Assembly: GCA_976551045.1 (NCBI GenBank)
Contig: CDPCPM010000114.1
Location: 7,192,001 to 7,256,000 of the forward strand
Direction: 5' to 3'
Source: Glaucostegus cemiculus
Taxonomy: Eukaryota
Length of the DNA: 64,000 bases
Shown here: in pieces, positions 38,337 through 51,972 of the stretch
Position numbering within the stretch: position 1 is the first letter of the stretch
Layout: every line of letters begins with the position of its first letter
Program-made: the position numbers and the translations under genes
Notes under the pieces: model-generated
Databases searched by the model: none
What the model was told of the DNA's origin: nothing
Seen by the model: only the letters and a program-made list of their open reading frames with translations

Positions 38337-41145
38337 TGCCAGCTTCAATGGAAGAATTCTGGCCTGGACTTTGAAAGTCTGCCCTCTCCTTTTTTTGCAG
38401 AGAATCTTTGATCATCACCTGAACAAACTGCTGGGTTTAGTGTCCTCTTCAGATCGTCAGACCCAATAGTGCAGAACTCTGAGTAGTTCTGTCCACAAAA
38501 CAATGAACCAAATTAATTAAGTGCCTGTAAAATGTTAGGGATGAATTAAGAATGTGAAAGATGCTGTATAAATGCAAACTTAATGCAAGCTTGGATCATA
38601 TGTTCATGCCACAGAAGAGAGTTTGAATCCAGTGGCTTTTAATGATGCTGCAAACTGAGTGAAAAGAAAACTGAATCTCTCAGAATTACCAGAACACAGA
38701 AACCCTTCACCCTTGTGTGATATCAAACCTTCTGACGTGTTGCAAGTTGCTTGCTGATATGTTTCATGGTACTACAGTCAAATCCAATCCGGTGGCCCTC
38801 ATGGACTTTCATTTTATATTGCTTGATGGTCATTCTCATTACTGCAACAGAGATAATGTTACAGTAAGATTTATAATCATTGTAACTCCATGCTTTGTAT
38901 CAATGTTGTCCAGAGCTTTTCCACTGACTCCAATTTTCCTCAATTCCAGAGACTCCAAGCAACTCATTGAGGTTTTTTTTGTTTAAGTTTGGAGAGCGCA
39001 TATATGCAGACTGTTCAACAATGGCAGATTGTTTTCAGTCAACCAGCTGAAGGCTCAGAATGGGTTTGCTGCCAGTGCTGCTTTAGGCTCAACCAACAGT
39101 TTACTGCTTGAGATTCTCATTGGACTAAATTCAACAACAGTGAAATATGCTGCAATTGGAATACTGCAGTACCATTGCTCGTATTGATTGTGATTTGGTG
39201 TGATCAGAGCAAGATGCCTGCTGTCTATTAAACCTACCCATTTTCCCTTGATTTAGTCTTTTGACCAAATAAGTAAACGTTTTTATTTTAATGCTTGTCA
39301 GTAATGATTAGTAAATGAGCTGGCCATTTCTTTTTATGAATCTGAGACTGCTGGCATTAGCACATAGTGAAAGGCTGGTTTCCTGAAACTGCCATTATCT
39401 TCTAATGGTAACGACAGCTGGAACAGGAGACCTCAATTTAATCTAAAGCAGTTGGCTCAATTCCATATTGTAGTGGAAGCTTTTGTTGTCAGGGTAAACC
39501 ATGGATTTTCCACGTATCAATGTGGTGTGAATCCTTCAAATAAAATGCAGTGTATTTTTCTTCTAAGAATGCTTTACCAAATTTTTGCTTGCATGCTGCA
39601 GCCTGACTTTAAAATATCTAGTTTAAATTAATTTTCTAAAATTAAGACCAAGTTCTTGCAATATGCATTACTCAAACTGTTCATTTACACTACCTAGAGT
39701 CTTTGGCAATGTAACGAAAGCACAGTGGATTTTAAGAAAAATTAAGATCTGTACCTTGCCAATAAATTGGCATTGTGTGAGAATGATGGTTATGTTAACA
39801 GCCATAATTTAATCCTGACAGTCAGTAGCTTTGGTATGTGAAACATGATCTGAGTAAACACAGCACAGTTTGTATATCAAGAGATGATCTGCCAGTTGTT
39901 TAGAATACAAAGGTCATTTCTAAATACTTCCTGGAATAAGACCCAAAACAGTGAAACATAGAATGTGAATAGCCTTGTAGTGAGACTAGTTGATACAAAA
40001 GTGTTAGGACATCAGTTTGATCCAAAAACTGACTAATGAACAAACATGAATCAATTCAAACATATAGTTTGGTTCTCATAAATTGTATTTCTGTCCCTAC
40101 CTAGCTTCCAACCAAACACCCTCCTTATCCCTATGTCTCCAACTATGGTGAGGGTATTGGAATTAATCTCCAAATTAGCATTACATCCTTCTGCTCTCGC
40201 CTTGGTAACTCTTCTACATTAAGGAGCCCCAGGTATCAACCATCAGATGGGTATGTGGAGGATTCATCATAAACAAACGTGACTGATGATAACATACATT
40301 TTCCTTGTTTGGAAAATGTTTGCAATATAGCATTTTAGATCAGTAGCCAAAGCCAGCTTGTGTTTGCACTGTAGTCTTACTGATGGTAGATAGTTCAGTG
40401 GAGATCAGATGAGTATAATTGACCACAATGTGAGATCTGGCAATTACCTGCAGTATTTGGGAAAGCAAACTTGGAGTGTAGCTGTTATAAAAATGGTCTG
40501 GTAATACAGAGTTCACGTCCCACATAACAACCTGATGGCTTCATGGTTAGCTGATTGTTTAATTCTGATTTTTTTAAAAGAGAATTGAAGAAAAATTCTG
40601 AAACAGAAAATTTGTTTTGAGAGTTAGAATTGAGCTCGCAATTTAGAATTTAAAAATTCACCTAGAATTTAAAAAAATTAAGTTAAATACATCAATGAAA
40701 TCACAAAGTTAGTAACAACTAATTGCTTTTTCCTTCTTAAAAAAAATCTTCTGAAACTTTTTTTCTAGCATCCGTGGGCTCCATATTAAGTTGAATGCAG
40801 CTTCTTGAAATGGTGCTAGTAGCCATGTAGATAGAAAGAATAAGAAGTAAATAATTGTGCTAATATTTTTTTTGTCTGGTGGCCAAAAGTTATTAAATAA
40901 TGTTTCTCATCATGTATGCATATGCAGACACTTGTTCATGAACATTGACAATCCATTAACTGTGCCGCAAAGTTTCATCTTGGGCGAATCATTTTATCTT
41001 TACCTTGTTACATAGAATAATACAGGATGGAATTTCAGTTTTAATAAAGAAAAAATGAGCAGAACTATGTAAACTTAAAAATAATTTTTTTCTATGAGCT
41101 ATTTATAGCATACTACTTCATGACAAAACTTGAAACAATAGCAGG

Positions 41146-41342
41146 TTTCTGGTCAGGCATCCTTCAGATGCATCAAACAATGCAGGTCAAGCAGCATTGT
41201 TTGATGCATCTGATGAAGGATTCCTCACCAGAAATGTCAACTCTGTTGCTTTCCCCAAGGATGCTGCTTGACTTGTTCAGTGCTTCTAGCATGCACCTTT
41301 TTTTTAACAGATTTCTAGCACCTGTGGCTTTTTGCTTCAGAC
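41146..41342 (+). mobile_element. Penelope-derived pLTR with hammerhead core and 5' fold-back
   Basis: CTGATGAaggattcctcaccaGAAAtgTC at 41210-41238, followed by gatgctgcttgacttgttcagtgcttctagcat...cagatttctagcacctg. Confidence 0.7.
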
Positions 41343-43049
41343 TTTTAAGTGTTTGTTAAATGCTGTCATTTCTTTGATGTATAATACTGAAGAAAATAAA
41401 ATATATGTGGAGCAATATTTAGAAGGACTGTGTCATTAAGTTTTGGAGGGAAGTTCAGAATAAAAACTGTGATTTGAAAGTTGTATAATGAAATGTGTGT
41501 AGCTGACTGCTGTGCACGGTCAGAAGGAAAGATGCAGAGACGTGGCGGCTGGGTCGGAGCACACTTTACTGAGAGAGTTAAAACTGCGTGCGTGCGAAGT
41601 ACCCGATAGCCTCGCCGGTGGATGTGACATGGGGTCCACGCCGGAAGGCCCGCCCGCGATAGCTACGGTGCACTCCTGCGCGTTCGCCCGCAGCCGCCGA
41701 TGGCGTTTCAAGTTCGGTGAGTGTGGGCTGCTACTTGTGTAACTTAAGCACAGTGGTTTTATACCAATATTTGGTAACGAGATGACAAAAATAAATGTAA
41801 TGTGAGTTTTCCTTGTTGTCAATTAAAAAGCTGCACACTGAACCTGACATGAATTGTTGCCCTGATTTAATATTAGTGATTTATGTGCAGAATATGAAGT
41901 AACAAGCTCACTTATCCAGCTGCAGTGTTTTAAAAACAAATGCTTTCATTTTTTAGAACCAATCAAAAGTACATAAATATGTATTTTCTTTTACTTTAGG
42001 ACCTTGTAGCCTTTGGCACTAGGAACAGGGAAAATAAAGAAGTTGCATCAGATGCAAGATAATAAAATATGATGGAAGTTGGAATAGGTTTTAAAATGAA
42101 CATTTTTTATTTGCTTGTGATACCTGCATATTGTTTCATGAAGTTCCAAGTTTGATGTAAATGTGATAGGATTTAGAATGTAAAAAGGATTTGAAAGCAT
42201 AGTGTGTTTTCGATTGTGTGGTTTTGGAATAATTTACTGTTTATATGTAAACTGCATTCGGATGCACTGCAGGGGGATCCCTTGACTGAATGATCAGTCG
42301 TGTGAGGTATGTTCAGGAAAGTGGGCCAGTAAAGACCTTGGTTTGGCGATATGCAAAGACACGAAAAATAGACTTTATCTATCTGAAATCTTGGATTTGA
42401 TTTCCATTTTTTTAAAAAGAGAGATTAAATTGGACTTCCATTTTTTTACTTTAAGCATTTCTGAATTCATATTGAGTTCAGTCCTTCTGCAGAGTGTTTG
42501 TACAGAAGAGATTGATTGGTGTAATTGGACCTTCCTCTGGTCAGGTGCAAAGGCATATGTATTGTGCCCTCCATGCATGGGTTAACAATGTATTTACAGT
42601 TGCCATTCTGGGAATGCATATGTGAGATTTTCTTGTGCTAATATTAATCATGACTAGTGGTTTTGGAGGAATCAGTTTGCAGATGAAACATTACAACATG
42701 TGTATTTAAAACCACTATTCCTTTGATCTAATCCATTGTTTAGATGTGTACTTGAGAATTCATGCCATTTAGTTCTTGAAAGCCTTGAAGAAATTGGTCC
42801 TTTCATACTTTTGGCTGGTACTTTTGTGGCATCATGAGCATAAATTTGACGTTGAAGTGTTCAGCCAAATGATTTCAGAGATACCGATACTTGAACACAC
42901 TGACCTAACTGAATTGGATTGTAAAAACAAATCTGATTGAGGAAATAAATGGAATTGATTTTAGTTTTTATATCTCATCCTCACAACTTCCACATCTTCT
43001 CTCGAGAGAAAGCTCTTAACATGGTCTTTATAGCCCATCTTACGAGGAA

Positions 43050-43600
43050 GTTCAAAGGAACAAACTTACAGATGGGGGGGGGGGGAGCAAGCTATGAGGA
43101 GGATGCAAACCAGTTACTGAGAGATATTGATGGTACGTTAAATGAGTGAACAATAGGTTGGTAAATTGAGTATTATGTGGGGGAAATGTGAAGAGGTTCA
43201 CTTTGGGAGAATGATAAAATGAATATTTACATGGAGTGCAGAAAGCTGCAGCACAAACGAATTTGCAGTCCTCCTAAAAACACAGAATAAAGCAAGCATA
43301 TAATTGAAGCAGGCAAAGATTTAAAAGAATGCTGGCTTTTAGTTTAATGAATTTGGTGTATCAAGTAAGGAATTCTTATAACAACACTGCAAGGCACTAG
43401 TGAGCATACTGTGCAAAATTTTAGTCTCTTTATTTAAGGAAAGATATACAATCATTGGGGGCCAGTTCAGGAAAGAATCATTCAGATAATCCTGGGTATG
43501 GTGGGATTGTCTTAGGGAGCAATGCTGAACAGGTTCAGTCTGTAGTGATTGGAGTGTAGAAGAATAAGAGCTGATCTTATTGAAACATAGAGACGCTTAA
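43050..43600 (+). mobile_element. Degenerate CR1 LINE fragment
   Basis: gaggaggatgcaaaccagttactgagagatattgat...gaaatgtgaagaggttcactttgg...gatcttattgaaacata. Confidence 0.55.
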
Positions 43601-43659
43601 ATGATCCTTCTCCAAGGATCAATCGTCGTACCTGTCCGTACTAGTGTTTGTCATACACT

Positions 43660-44400
43660 AGTGTTTGACAATGCAATCTAAAAACACCACCCCAGTTTCC
43701 ACATCCAGTACGCTTTCATCTCCACATTTTGCTTCCCCCGTTGCCTTTGGTTTGGCCACATGACTTCTCTGTCATCCAGTTCTGGATAGGAAGAGATTGT
43801 CATCAGCCAAATATTGGATAGGCTGGTTCAAATTGTCTTTTATCATTGGCACTCTTCATTCCACCGTCACATGGCTGCCCACTTCCATCTTTAACATTGG
43901 TGAGTTGACACTGCCACTGTTGAAATCTTCAACCTTGCAATGTCCTCAAATTGACTGTTCCACTGAGTTCTTTGCTGGCCTCCTACCTTCCACCTCAGAT
44001 AAATTTTAGCTTAACTAACTGCTGCCTGTACCCTAACATTCACCAAATCCTGTTTAATTTTTACCCCTGAACTTGGAGAATTACACTGGCTCGCAATCTG
44101 GCAGTCTCACTTATAGAAAGCTCTCTTCCATTGCATCCTCCCCTATTTCATTTTCTAGCCAAGATCTGCTCCTCTGGTTCTGGTCTCTCAATTTATTGTT
44201 GATTTTTAATCCTTCAACAATGATTGTTTTGGCTTTAACTATAAAGGTCTGGATTTCCCTCCTTGTCACCTTGGCATTTTAAAATGTTCCTTAAAATCTA
44301 CACCTTTTGGTCATTTGTCCTGATAACTCCTTGTATAGTTCATTATTAGATTTTGTCACCCTTCCAAAGAAGTGCTTTGGGTCATTTTTATCAATTTGAA
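43660..44400 (+). mobile_element. Degenerate L2-like LINE 3' region
   Basis: C-rich L2-like tract (ttacactggctc...aaagctctcttcc) ending aagtgctttgggtc. Confidence 0.4.
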
Positions 44401-44409
44401 AAGATGGTG

Positions 44410-44688
44410 TATCTATTTATCTATCTATCTATTTATTTATTTATTTTACAGCGTGGTAACAGGCCCTTTCGGCCCAACGAGTCCATGCCGCCCATTTTAA
44501 CCTACCCGTGCGTCTTTTGAATGTGGGAGGAAACCGGCGCACCCGGAAGAAACCCACGCAGACACAGGAGAATGTACAAACTCCTTACAGTCAGTGACGG
44601 GAGTCGAACCCTGATCGCTGGTGCTGTAACAGCGTCGCGCTAACTGCTACGCTATCGTGTCGCCCTTCTACACTATCGTGTCGCCCTT
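44410..44688 (-). mobile_element. Young V-SINE, tail type A, with (TAGA/TAAA)n tail and duplicated 5' end
   Basis: Near reverse complement of 12231-12470. Microsatellite-like tail at 44410-44447. Confidence 0.9.
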
Positions 44689-46394
44689 AAATTCGTTTAT
44701 ACCATCTTTTAAATTTTTGGAAGGCCTTGTATTTGAGCACAGTACTGTTGAACATTACACCTTTTACTTGGAGTCACTGGATTTGAATCAGCAAGAGAAA
44801 CTTGAGCTTTCTGTTCCTGGACTAGAATACTTGATCCAATTGCAGCACTCCTGGTGTGCTGCATAAGGTGGGGATTGAACCAAGTGTTTCTGCTTGTATC
44901 TGTCTTGCACGCAGTTACATGGACCAGTGAGTCATGAGGATCACTTTAATGTATTTTTGTTTGATGTAGGGAAACCTTAAATAAGTGTTTGAAAAACCAG
45001 AGAAGGAGAAAAACTGGAATCATGGCGTATTATTTTCATCACCACGCTTTGCCATACAATGCTTTTTCAAGGAAAAAAAAACTGTGTATCAATGCAAAAA
45101 TGTGTTTAGTACCAGATTTCTTGAAGATGGTCACAAAGAAAGCACATTTTTTTCTTAGTCTTCACCATAAATGACTTGATACCCTCCAGGCTTTTGAAAT
45201 TGAAGATGATGGAAAAATTGTAACCAGTTTCATTTGATCTGGCATCAAAGTTGTTGAAACAACATAACGTCAGCAAGCAATGTGCAAGGTGATCTCTATT
45301 ATTTAGGAACAAATTCTGTGCAGTTTGGAATAACTTAGTGTAAAATTGGCCTGAATAATTTTACTTTTGTGGCATTTTGTGCAAATATGTATCCCTAGTA
45401 GAATGATAGCCCACAGTTAGGTTACCTTGCTGTGTTTCTGGTGTTGGATGTCAGTGACTACATGATAGAGAAGGCCTTCTTGCAAATTTTCTCAAATGTT
45501 TAAGATATATCTGTTTAGTTTTAATTTTGATTTTTCTGACTGACGCATTCAATTATCTGATAGATCTTGAGAAACTTCAGTAAAGTTGCTTTTGTTTTGC
45601 AGGGTTCTGCATTATGAATTAAGGTTGAGGAACAAATTCTGTTCCTGACACAACACAAAACAGATGTCGTTAAACTAATCCAAATATCCTTGTTTGTTAT
45701 TAATGTGAGAAAGTAACAAATCCCAGGAATGGTGTCTCTGTACTTGTTAATTGGTGGGTGGTTATTATGATTAAAGAGCACGGATACATTGGGATGTGTC
45801 GAATTTAGGATTTTTGTGATCTTTGATGCCCTCCAATTTTCCTTGAAATTCGAAGAAACCACCATGCATGATCTATGACTTCTGTTCCCTGTCCTGCACT
45901 GACCTTTGTGTTCATCTCCTTTCCTACTGCTGGTTACTGTTTTCAACAGGGTTGCCAACGTATTGAACACGGTACAGTTCAGTAGAATGGATGCAATTGC
46001 CTCCTCTGGGATACTTGTGTTAATTGCAGAAAACTCCAGTTATGATATATGAAGGAATTTGTTTTGAATTTTTTATCATTAAATTGTTTTTCTGTTATTT
46101 GATGATGAGATCATTTTAGCCTTTGCAAAGCACAGGACTAAATATCTCATCCATTGGTTGGTCTGTGTGGGGAAATTCTGGTGCTGTTACCTGGTAACAT
46201 TATTATGTTGCCGGCATTGTCCCGACCAGTCATCAGCTAGACACGTAGGCTCCATAGCCAATCTTCCAACTCCAGGTCTTGAGTGACACCAGGCTAACCT
46301 TTTCGGTTCTTGGCCAAAGCTTAATCTGAACCTTTCAAACTGTTATTTCATTCAAATCAATCCGGCCATTCTGACAAATTTAGTTATCTGACTC

Positions 46395-46530
46395 CTGTGT
46401 TCTGATGAAGTGTCTTTGACCTGAAACATTCCCTGTCACTCCCTCTGAACAGATGCTTACCTGATCTGCTGCATTTTTCCAGCATCTTCTGTTTTTATTT
46501 CAGATTTCCAGCATCTGCAGTTTTTTTTTA
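46395..46530 (+). mobile_element. Penelope-derived pLTR with hammerhead core
   Basis: CTGATGA at 46402-46408, stem gtgtc-ttt-gacct, GAAA at 46423-46426. Tail ttttatttcagatttccagcatctgcag. Confidence 0.75.
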
Positions 46531-47662
46531 ATTTTCATTTCCTTCTGGGTTCCCCTGTTTGCACCCATGCCTGCTTTCATAACCAAACACGATACAGATT
46601 ACTGCAGTGTGCACTAGTTGGGCTATTGACTGGAGGTTTCATTAATTTTTTAATAACCATCAAAAAGTTGAGAAAAATGACTTTCCATTTGTACACATGG
46701 TACCAAGCCTCCAACTTTCACATTAATTTACTTCTTTGTGACAGTTAAATAGCATGCAGAATTAATCTGTGGGGTTAAAGGGAAGAGTGATGATCTCCCT
46801 GTGGTGAAACCTGAGTAGATTATTTTGAATATTAAATATTTTAACTGGACGTCCTTTTTAATTTTAGTCTTGCATCTGTCAACAGCAGAGGATTGTGTGG
46901 AAGTGGGCACCTGCTGTCAGAGTTATGTTTAGTTGTGTGTCTCAGGCACATTTAAATTGCGTTATTAATTTTGCATGTTGTGACATTTAAAAGTGGCATG
47001 GATCTGGTGGTGAGGGGCAGGGGATGCTCTCAAAGTTTCTGTAACACCATTAATCTTCTTCGGCTATGTTCTGCTAAATACTTCATTATAACTTGGACAG
47101 GAACCAGAAAAATGTTTTTAACCTCCAGAGGACTGCTGGTCAGATCCATCTGAGGATTAAATACTTTCTAAGTGCTGCCTTATGATACACATTTATGCAC
47201 GTACGCTATAGATTTCCCAAGGATTATGCTTTGCAATTGGCCATGAAAAATCACCTTTGAGAACGTTGCAGTTAATTTGTGAAACTACATGAGAAGTTCA
47301 AGACAACTTTCCTCAGTGGTTTAAACATGAATCCAAGCTTCAGAAGGAGCTAACTTAATTTGTAATCACAAGTTGTTTTTTGATGTAATTCTACTTGCTT
47401 GCTGACCAAGTGCTAAAGTGATTTTTTTACTTACTGGTTTCATTGCAAGAAAAAAGAATGGTCTTTGTTCTTCAGATTTCAACACCAGAAGAAAAGAACA
47501 TGTTGCTTTCTGTCTTTGGCTGTGTTCTAGTTTGTACCTCTGGTGTGCCATGAAATGTTCCTATTACTTTTCCTTATTTGATTCATCTTGGAAATAACTG
47601 GTTCTATTTCGCCACTGAACATCACTTTGGATAGACCTCTGAAGCCTCAGTGTCCAAACTGT

Positions 47663-47978
47663 AGGGTGGCATCGTGGCGCAGCTGGTAGAGTTGCTGCCT
47701 CACAGTACCAGCGACCAGGGATCACTCCTGACCGCCGGTTGTGTCTATGTGGAGTTTTGCACATTCTTCCTGTGACAATGCGGGTGCTCTGGTTTCTCCC
47801 ACGTCCCAAAGATATGTGGGTTGGGGAGGTTAAATTGACCATTGTACATTGCCCTGAGTGTGCAGGAGTTGATGGGAATGTGGGGAGAAGAAAATGTGAT
47901 TAGTGTAAGTGGGCAATGATCGTCAGTATAGTCTCAATGATTTAAAGCAGTGTTTCTCTGCTGTATGATTCTGATTCT
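47663..47978 (+). mobile_element. HE1-like V-SINE (older)
   Basis: gtggcgcagctggtagagttgctgcctcacag tRNA-like head, gcgggtgctctggtttctcccacgtcccaaagat V-domain, CR1-like tail ctgtatgattctgattct. Confidence 0.8.
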
Positions 47979-50900
47979 AAACTGTTCAGTCCATTACTGC
48001 TGGAAGAGTATACCACATTAAAGATAGAGAGAATAGCATTAAGCAATAGCACCACAGCTCACTTTGCATATTTGTTGCCTGAGCCTGCCGTTGTGAGAAT
48101 GCTGTGTGACATTTCCTACTGCTGAATCCATGGGTGGAAGATGCTACAGCTGGTTTGTTTGAAGTTTCACCATCTTACCTTGTATCTTATATAATTGGCA
48201 CGTGGAAGCTTTTTGATTTTGAATTCATTCGAAGATTGCACCATCATTTTGCAAGAGCTGTTTAGCAGCTTATCAACTTTACCTATGAAGTCTGACCCAA
48301 GTGAGAATGAGCACATGTCCAACCTTGTTCCATGTACAGAATCCGATTTTAATACTAACCATGGAAAACTGATTCTCCACAAGCAGATGAGTCGAGTCTT
48401 AAAAATTCGATTAGTAATGTGTCTATTGGTTTTAATTACACTTTAGGCGTCATCTTTACATGCCGTAAAGAGCACATGAATTTTAATCTGACAGAACCGA
48501 TGAAAAAACTCTTCAGGCTTGTTCCACGAGAGTCCGCCTCGCTCAGTCCTGATGTTAAATCTCTGTTTTGGTGATATGCATGAACTTATTCTTTCAGTAC
48601 AGTACGGGCAAATCAAGTGAGTGTGTTAGAATTCTATACCTTGCATCAGGTGTGCTTTCATCCAGTTTCCACTTTGTGTCCTTGAACCCTGCTGGGTTCT
48701 GATGGAAGAATGAGACCCCTAAGCACAACTGACAGCTACTTGCTGCTGAGGGGAAACTGATCTGTTAGTCGCCTGCCTCGTGGGGTGCCAGCAGCGTGCT
48801 TTGCGGGTGGCAGAGCCGTTTGCTGCAGTTCTCCCATGCGCTCATTGACAGGGCAGCAGGCAATCGCTTTACATTACACTTAAGCTGTGACATTCCCTTG
48901 TACATATCATTGCATGGCTTGATACCATCATCCCTGGCATCCCGGACCTTCTCACTGCATTTTTTGGCCACGGTCAGAGTGATTGTCTTTCAAGGGAAGG
49001 TTGCAACCTTGGGGACAGCTGTCTCTTTTGTCAAAACCTTGGTTTCTTTTGGGTTAGAGGTTAATGAAAACTCTGACTAAAAGCCAGTTGATGGGGGTGT
49101 CTCAGGGAAATCTAATTAGTCATTAAGAGCTCTTCCCTCCTCCCCCAAACTTCCCTGAGTGCCAGAGAGTTTGAACAATTCATGAACACCTGTAGGTGAT
49201 AATTTGAAAAAAGAAAACATTTGCACCAGAAACCCGGAATGCAAGGCTACTGTTCAGTTCTAATAAATGTCACCAAATGAGTCTAACAAGGTTGCATGTC
49301 TCACAGAGTAGCTTATGAAATTTTTCTGGTGTGAGGTAATTTGAAATTGCATATTCTCAGAGAAGGATTGTTGCACGCCTTAAAATAGCAGACACGTGGC
49401 CTAGGCTATTAGTACCTTGTCATCTTTTGAAGAGAAACTGGTTAGGATTTCAGCCCCCCCACCGGAGGGGGTAGATGGTCAGGCTGGGTTAGGCATTTGC
49501 TGATGAAAAGATGGTGCATTCATTGCTTTGGTTTTCACTATTAAAGGCTAATGCAATTATTTATGTTCGACAACAGCCACCTGTTAGAATCTCTCTTGTT
49601 AAAGGTCATTCCTTGGTGCCGCGCCGTCTGACTTTTAACTGCTCTGTATTATGTTTGTTGCCCACTATATTGTATGAAGTGAAAATGCAATGCATTTCAT
49701 TTTATAGTATGTGTAATATTTTGTCTTTTGTTTGGCCATTGACGATCTCTTGCCCCTATATGTGTTTAAGCAGAAGCTGTTCGACCTGTATTGAAGTGGA
49801 GACTGTGTATTTGTGAAACGTTTAAAAACTGTCAGTACTTGAAAATGCAAAGCTACATGTTGTCTTGAAGAGTGCACAAAGCAAAATTTTTGTAGACGAG
49901 ATGAGCTGAGTGGCTCATCCTGTTCCAAGGTAAAAAGTCTAAATCAAAGTGAGTGACCGTGTAAAATTTTCAAAACCACGATAGATACAGTATGTATTTT
50001 TAAAAATTGTTTTTCTTGCTATCGATGTGATTCTGAGTGAATGTCACTCTTTTCCTTGTATCAAGTTGTGCAGCCAAAGAGGTTTTTAAACAAAATAACA
50101 GCCTTATCAGCAAGCCATTGAGTTTTCTCCCTTAACTCTCCAGCTATTTGACTTTTTTCCTTCCCCTGAATAAAGGACTTGGGACATTTGCTAAATTAGA
50201 AAATTAATCCACAGGAGTTGGAAAATTGTGATTTTTGCATGTAATATTTTTAGAATACATGTTTTTATTGAATGTTACTGAGCAAGTGGCTGTCCCCTGT
50301 TTGGCTCAGATTCAGCTGCCTGCAACAGTTGGGTTATGTTTGGTGCTGACACTTGTCCTTGTAGAGGGAAGCCTTAACTTAAAAGAATTCTATGACTGAG
50401 CCTTACCCATATCTAAGCAGTTAATTGCCCTGCATCAATTAAGAGAGAGGCCAATGGGGATACAATGGTGTTTATCCTTTTGCCACTTAACACTTGTGGC
50501 AGGAAAGCCAACTCAGGGGACCAAAATAAGAACTGACAACGCAGCATTGAAGCCAGGGCTTAATTTTGTTAACTATTTCAAGCCATGTGGAAGTTGTCCA
50601 CAAGACCATTGAAGCTGCATAGCACCATAGTAAATAGAAACATGTTTGATTTAAGCTGGATGGGAGCCAATTACATTTCTTCAGTTGATTTAGTATTGAT
50701 TTTGTTTTGCCTGTTTAAGAGCAAGGCAAGCATTTTCAGGTATAGTCATCTTTTAAAATACAATGTGAAAGGAGTTTCAGAAGAATCCACTCAGTGACCA
50801 AGCTACCTGATATGAGCTACTCAGTAAGATCCCATATTTGATCTTTGGACTGTGTGGTCAGATGATCTCAGTTGTTCCTTTCCACTCTTGTGTCATGGAG

Positions 50901-51843
50901 GGTATAGCAGCTGGAAGAAGATGGGATCTGATTGTGGTGTTAGGTGAGTAGTTTGCCAGCATCCATAACCGAAGGTCTGTGATTTGAGTACAACTATATC
51001 TCAGTGAAGGTGAATGGTGTTGCTGAGTGTGGGGAAGGAAAGACAAGGAACTGAAGCTTGCTTTGCCTTCACGATTGTCATTCCCCTTGAATGCTTAGCT
51101 CAAAAGGAACATGGAATAAATATCTGAGGAGATATGAGCTTTGTGCCAATAATTTCCCTGAAAGCTTATTTTTCAGTTTTGGGTATACTTGCTGTTGTTG
51201 TTGTTGTCCCCATGAACTTTTACTTTCATAGCATCCTTTTTAAATAGTACCTTATCAAGTGTTATTTGGAAACGCTGTTATAGTGCACCCATTGATACCC
51301 CTCATCTAACTGAATAGTTGCACAAAAAAAGCCCTCATCTGATTTGTCAAAGCATAGTTAATTCTGCTAATGCCTAACGATGGATTCCAGCATTTTGACA
51401 ATTGATAACATGATAACCAATCTATGGATTACCAATTTTTCCTCTCCCTCTTCCACAGTAGTGTTAACATTTTGAAGTGGACAGGCAGTGCATTGTTGGT
51501 GTAAAAATAAACCACCTATTTCTTTACCTCAATTACTAACACCTTAGGTTGACCTTCACTTCTCATCTGACAAAAGACTTTTAGTTTAATAACCATTGAT
51601 TAATTTGTCATTTTAGCGACCATTTAAGCCAAGGTTGGCCAAACAAACAGCTTGTGAGCTGCGTGCAGCTCCTTTACAATTCGATTGCAGTGCACAGTGA
51701 TTCATGACAGCACTTTTTTGATATTCTACATCCATCAGATGTGAGTCAGAGTAGGGTAGGGTGGGAGGCAAGGGTAGGTGTTGCGACCTCAAATGTCCAA
51801 TGTGTGTGCCTTCTGATCTCTGCAAACTGGCCACAAAGTAAGC

Positions 51844-51972
51844 NNNNNNNNNNNNNNNNNNNNNNNNNNNNNNNNNNNNNNNNNNNNNNNNNNNNNNNNN
51901 NNNNNNNNNNNNNNNNNNNNNNNNNNNNNNNNNNNNNNNNNNNNNNNNNNNNNNNNNNNNNNNNNNNNNNNN
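51844..51972. other. Assembly gap (129 N)
   Basis: Run of N. Confidence 1.

Noticed and set aside
41520-41822. Minus-strand 100-aa ORF with RRLRANAQE, resembling a bHLH basic region
   Set aside because: Similarity stops after about 9 residues, with no ERxR or helix pattern. The open frame is explained by local GC richness.
48495-48556. gatgaa...ctga segment as a snoRNA or hammerhead
   Set aside because: Imperfect C box, no CTGANGA/GAAA arrangement and no identifiable guide sequence.
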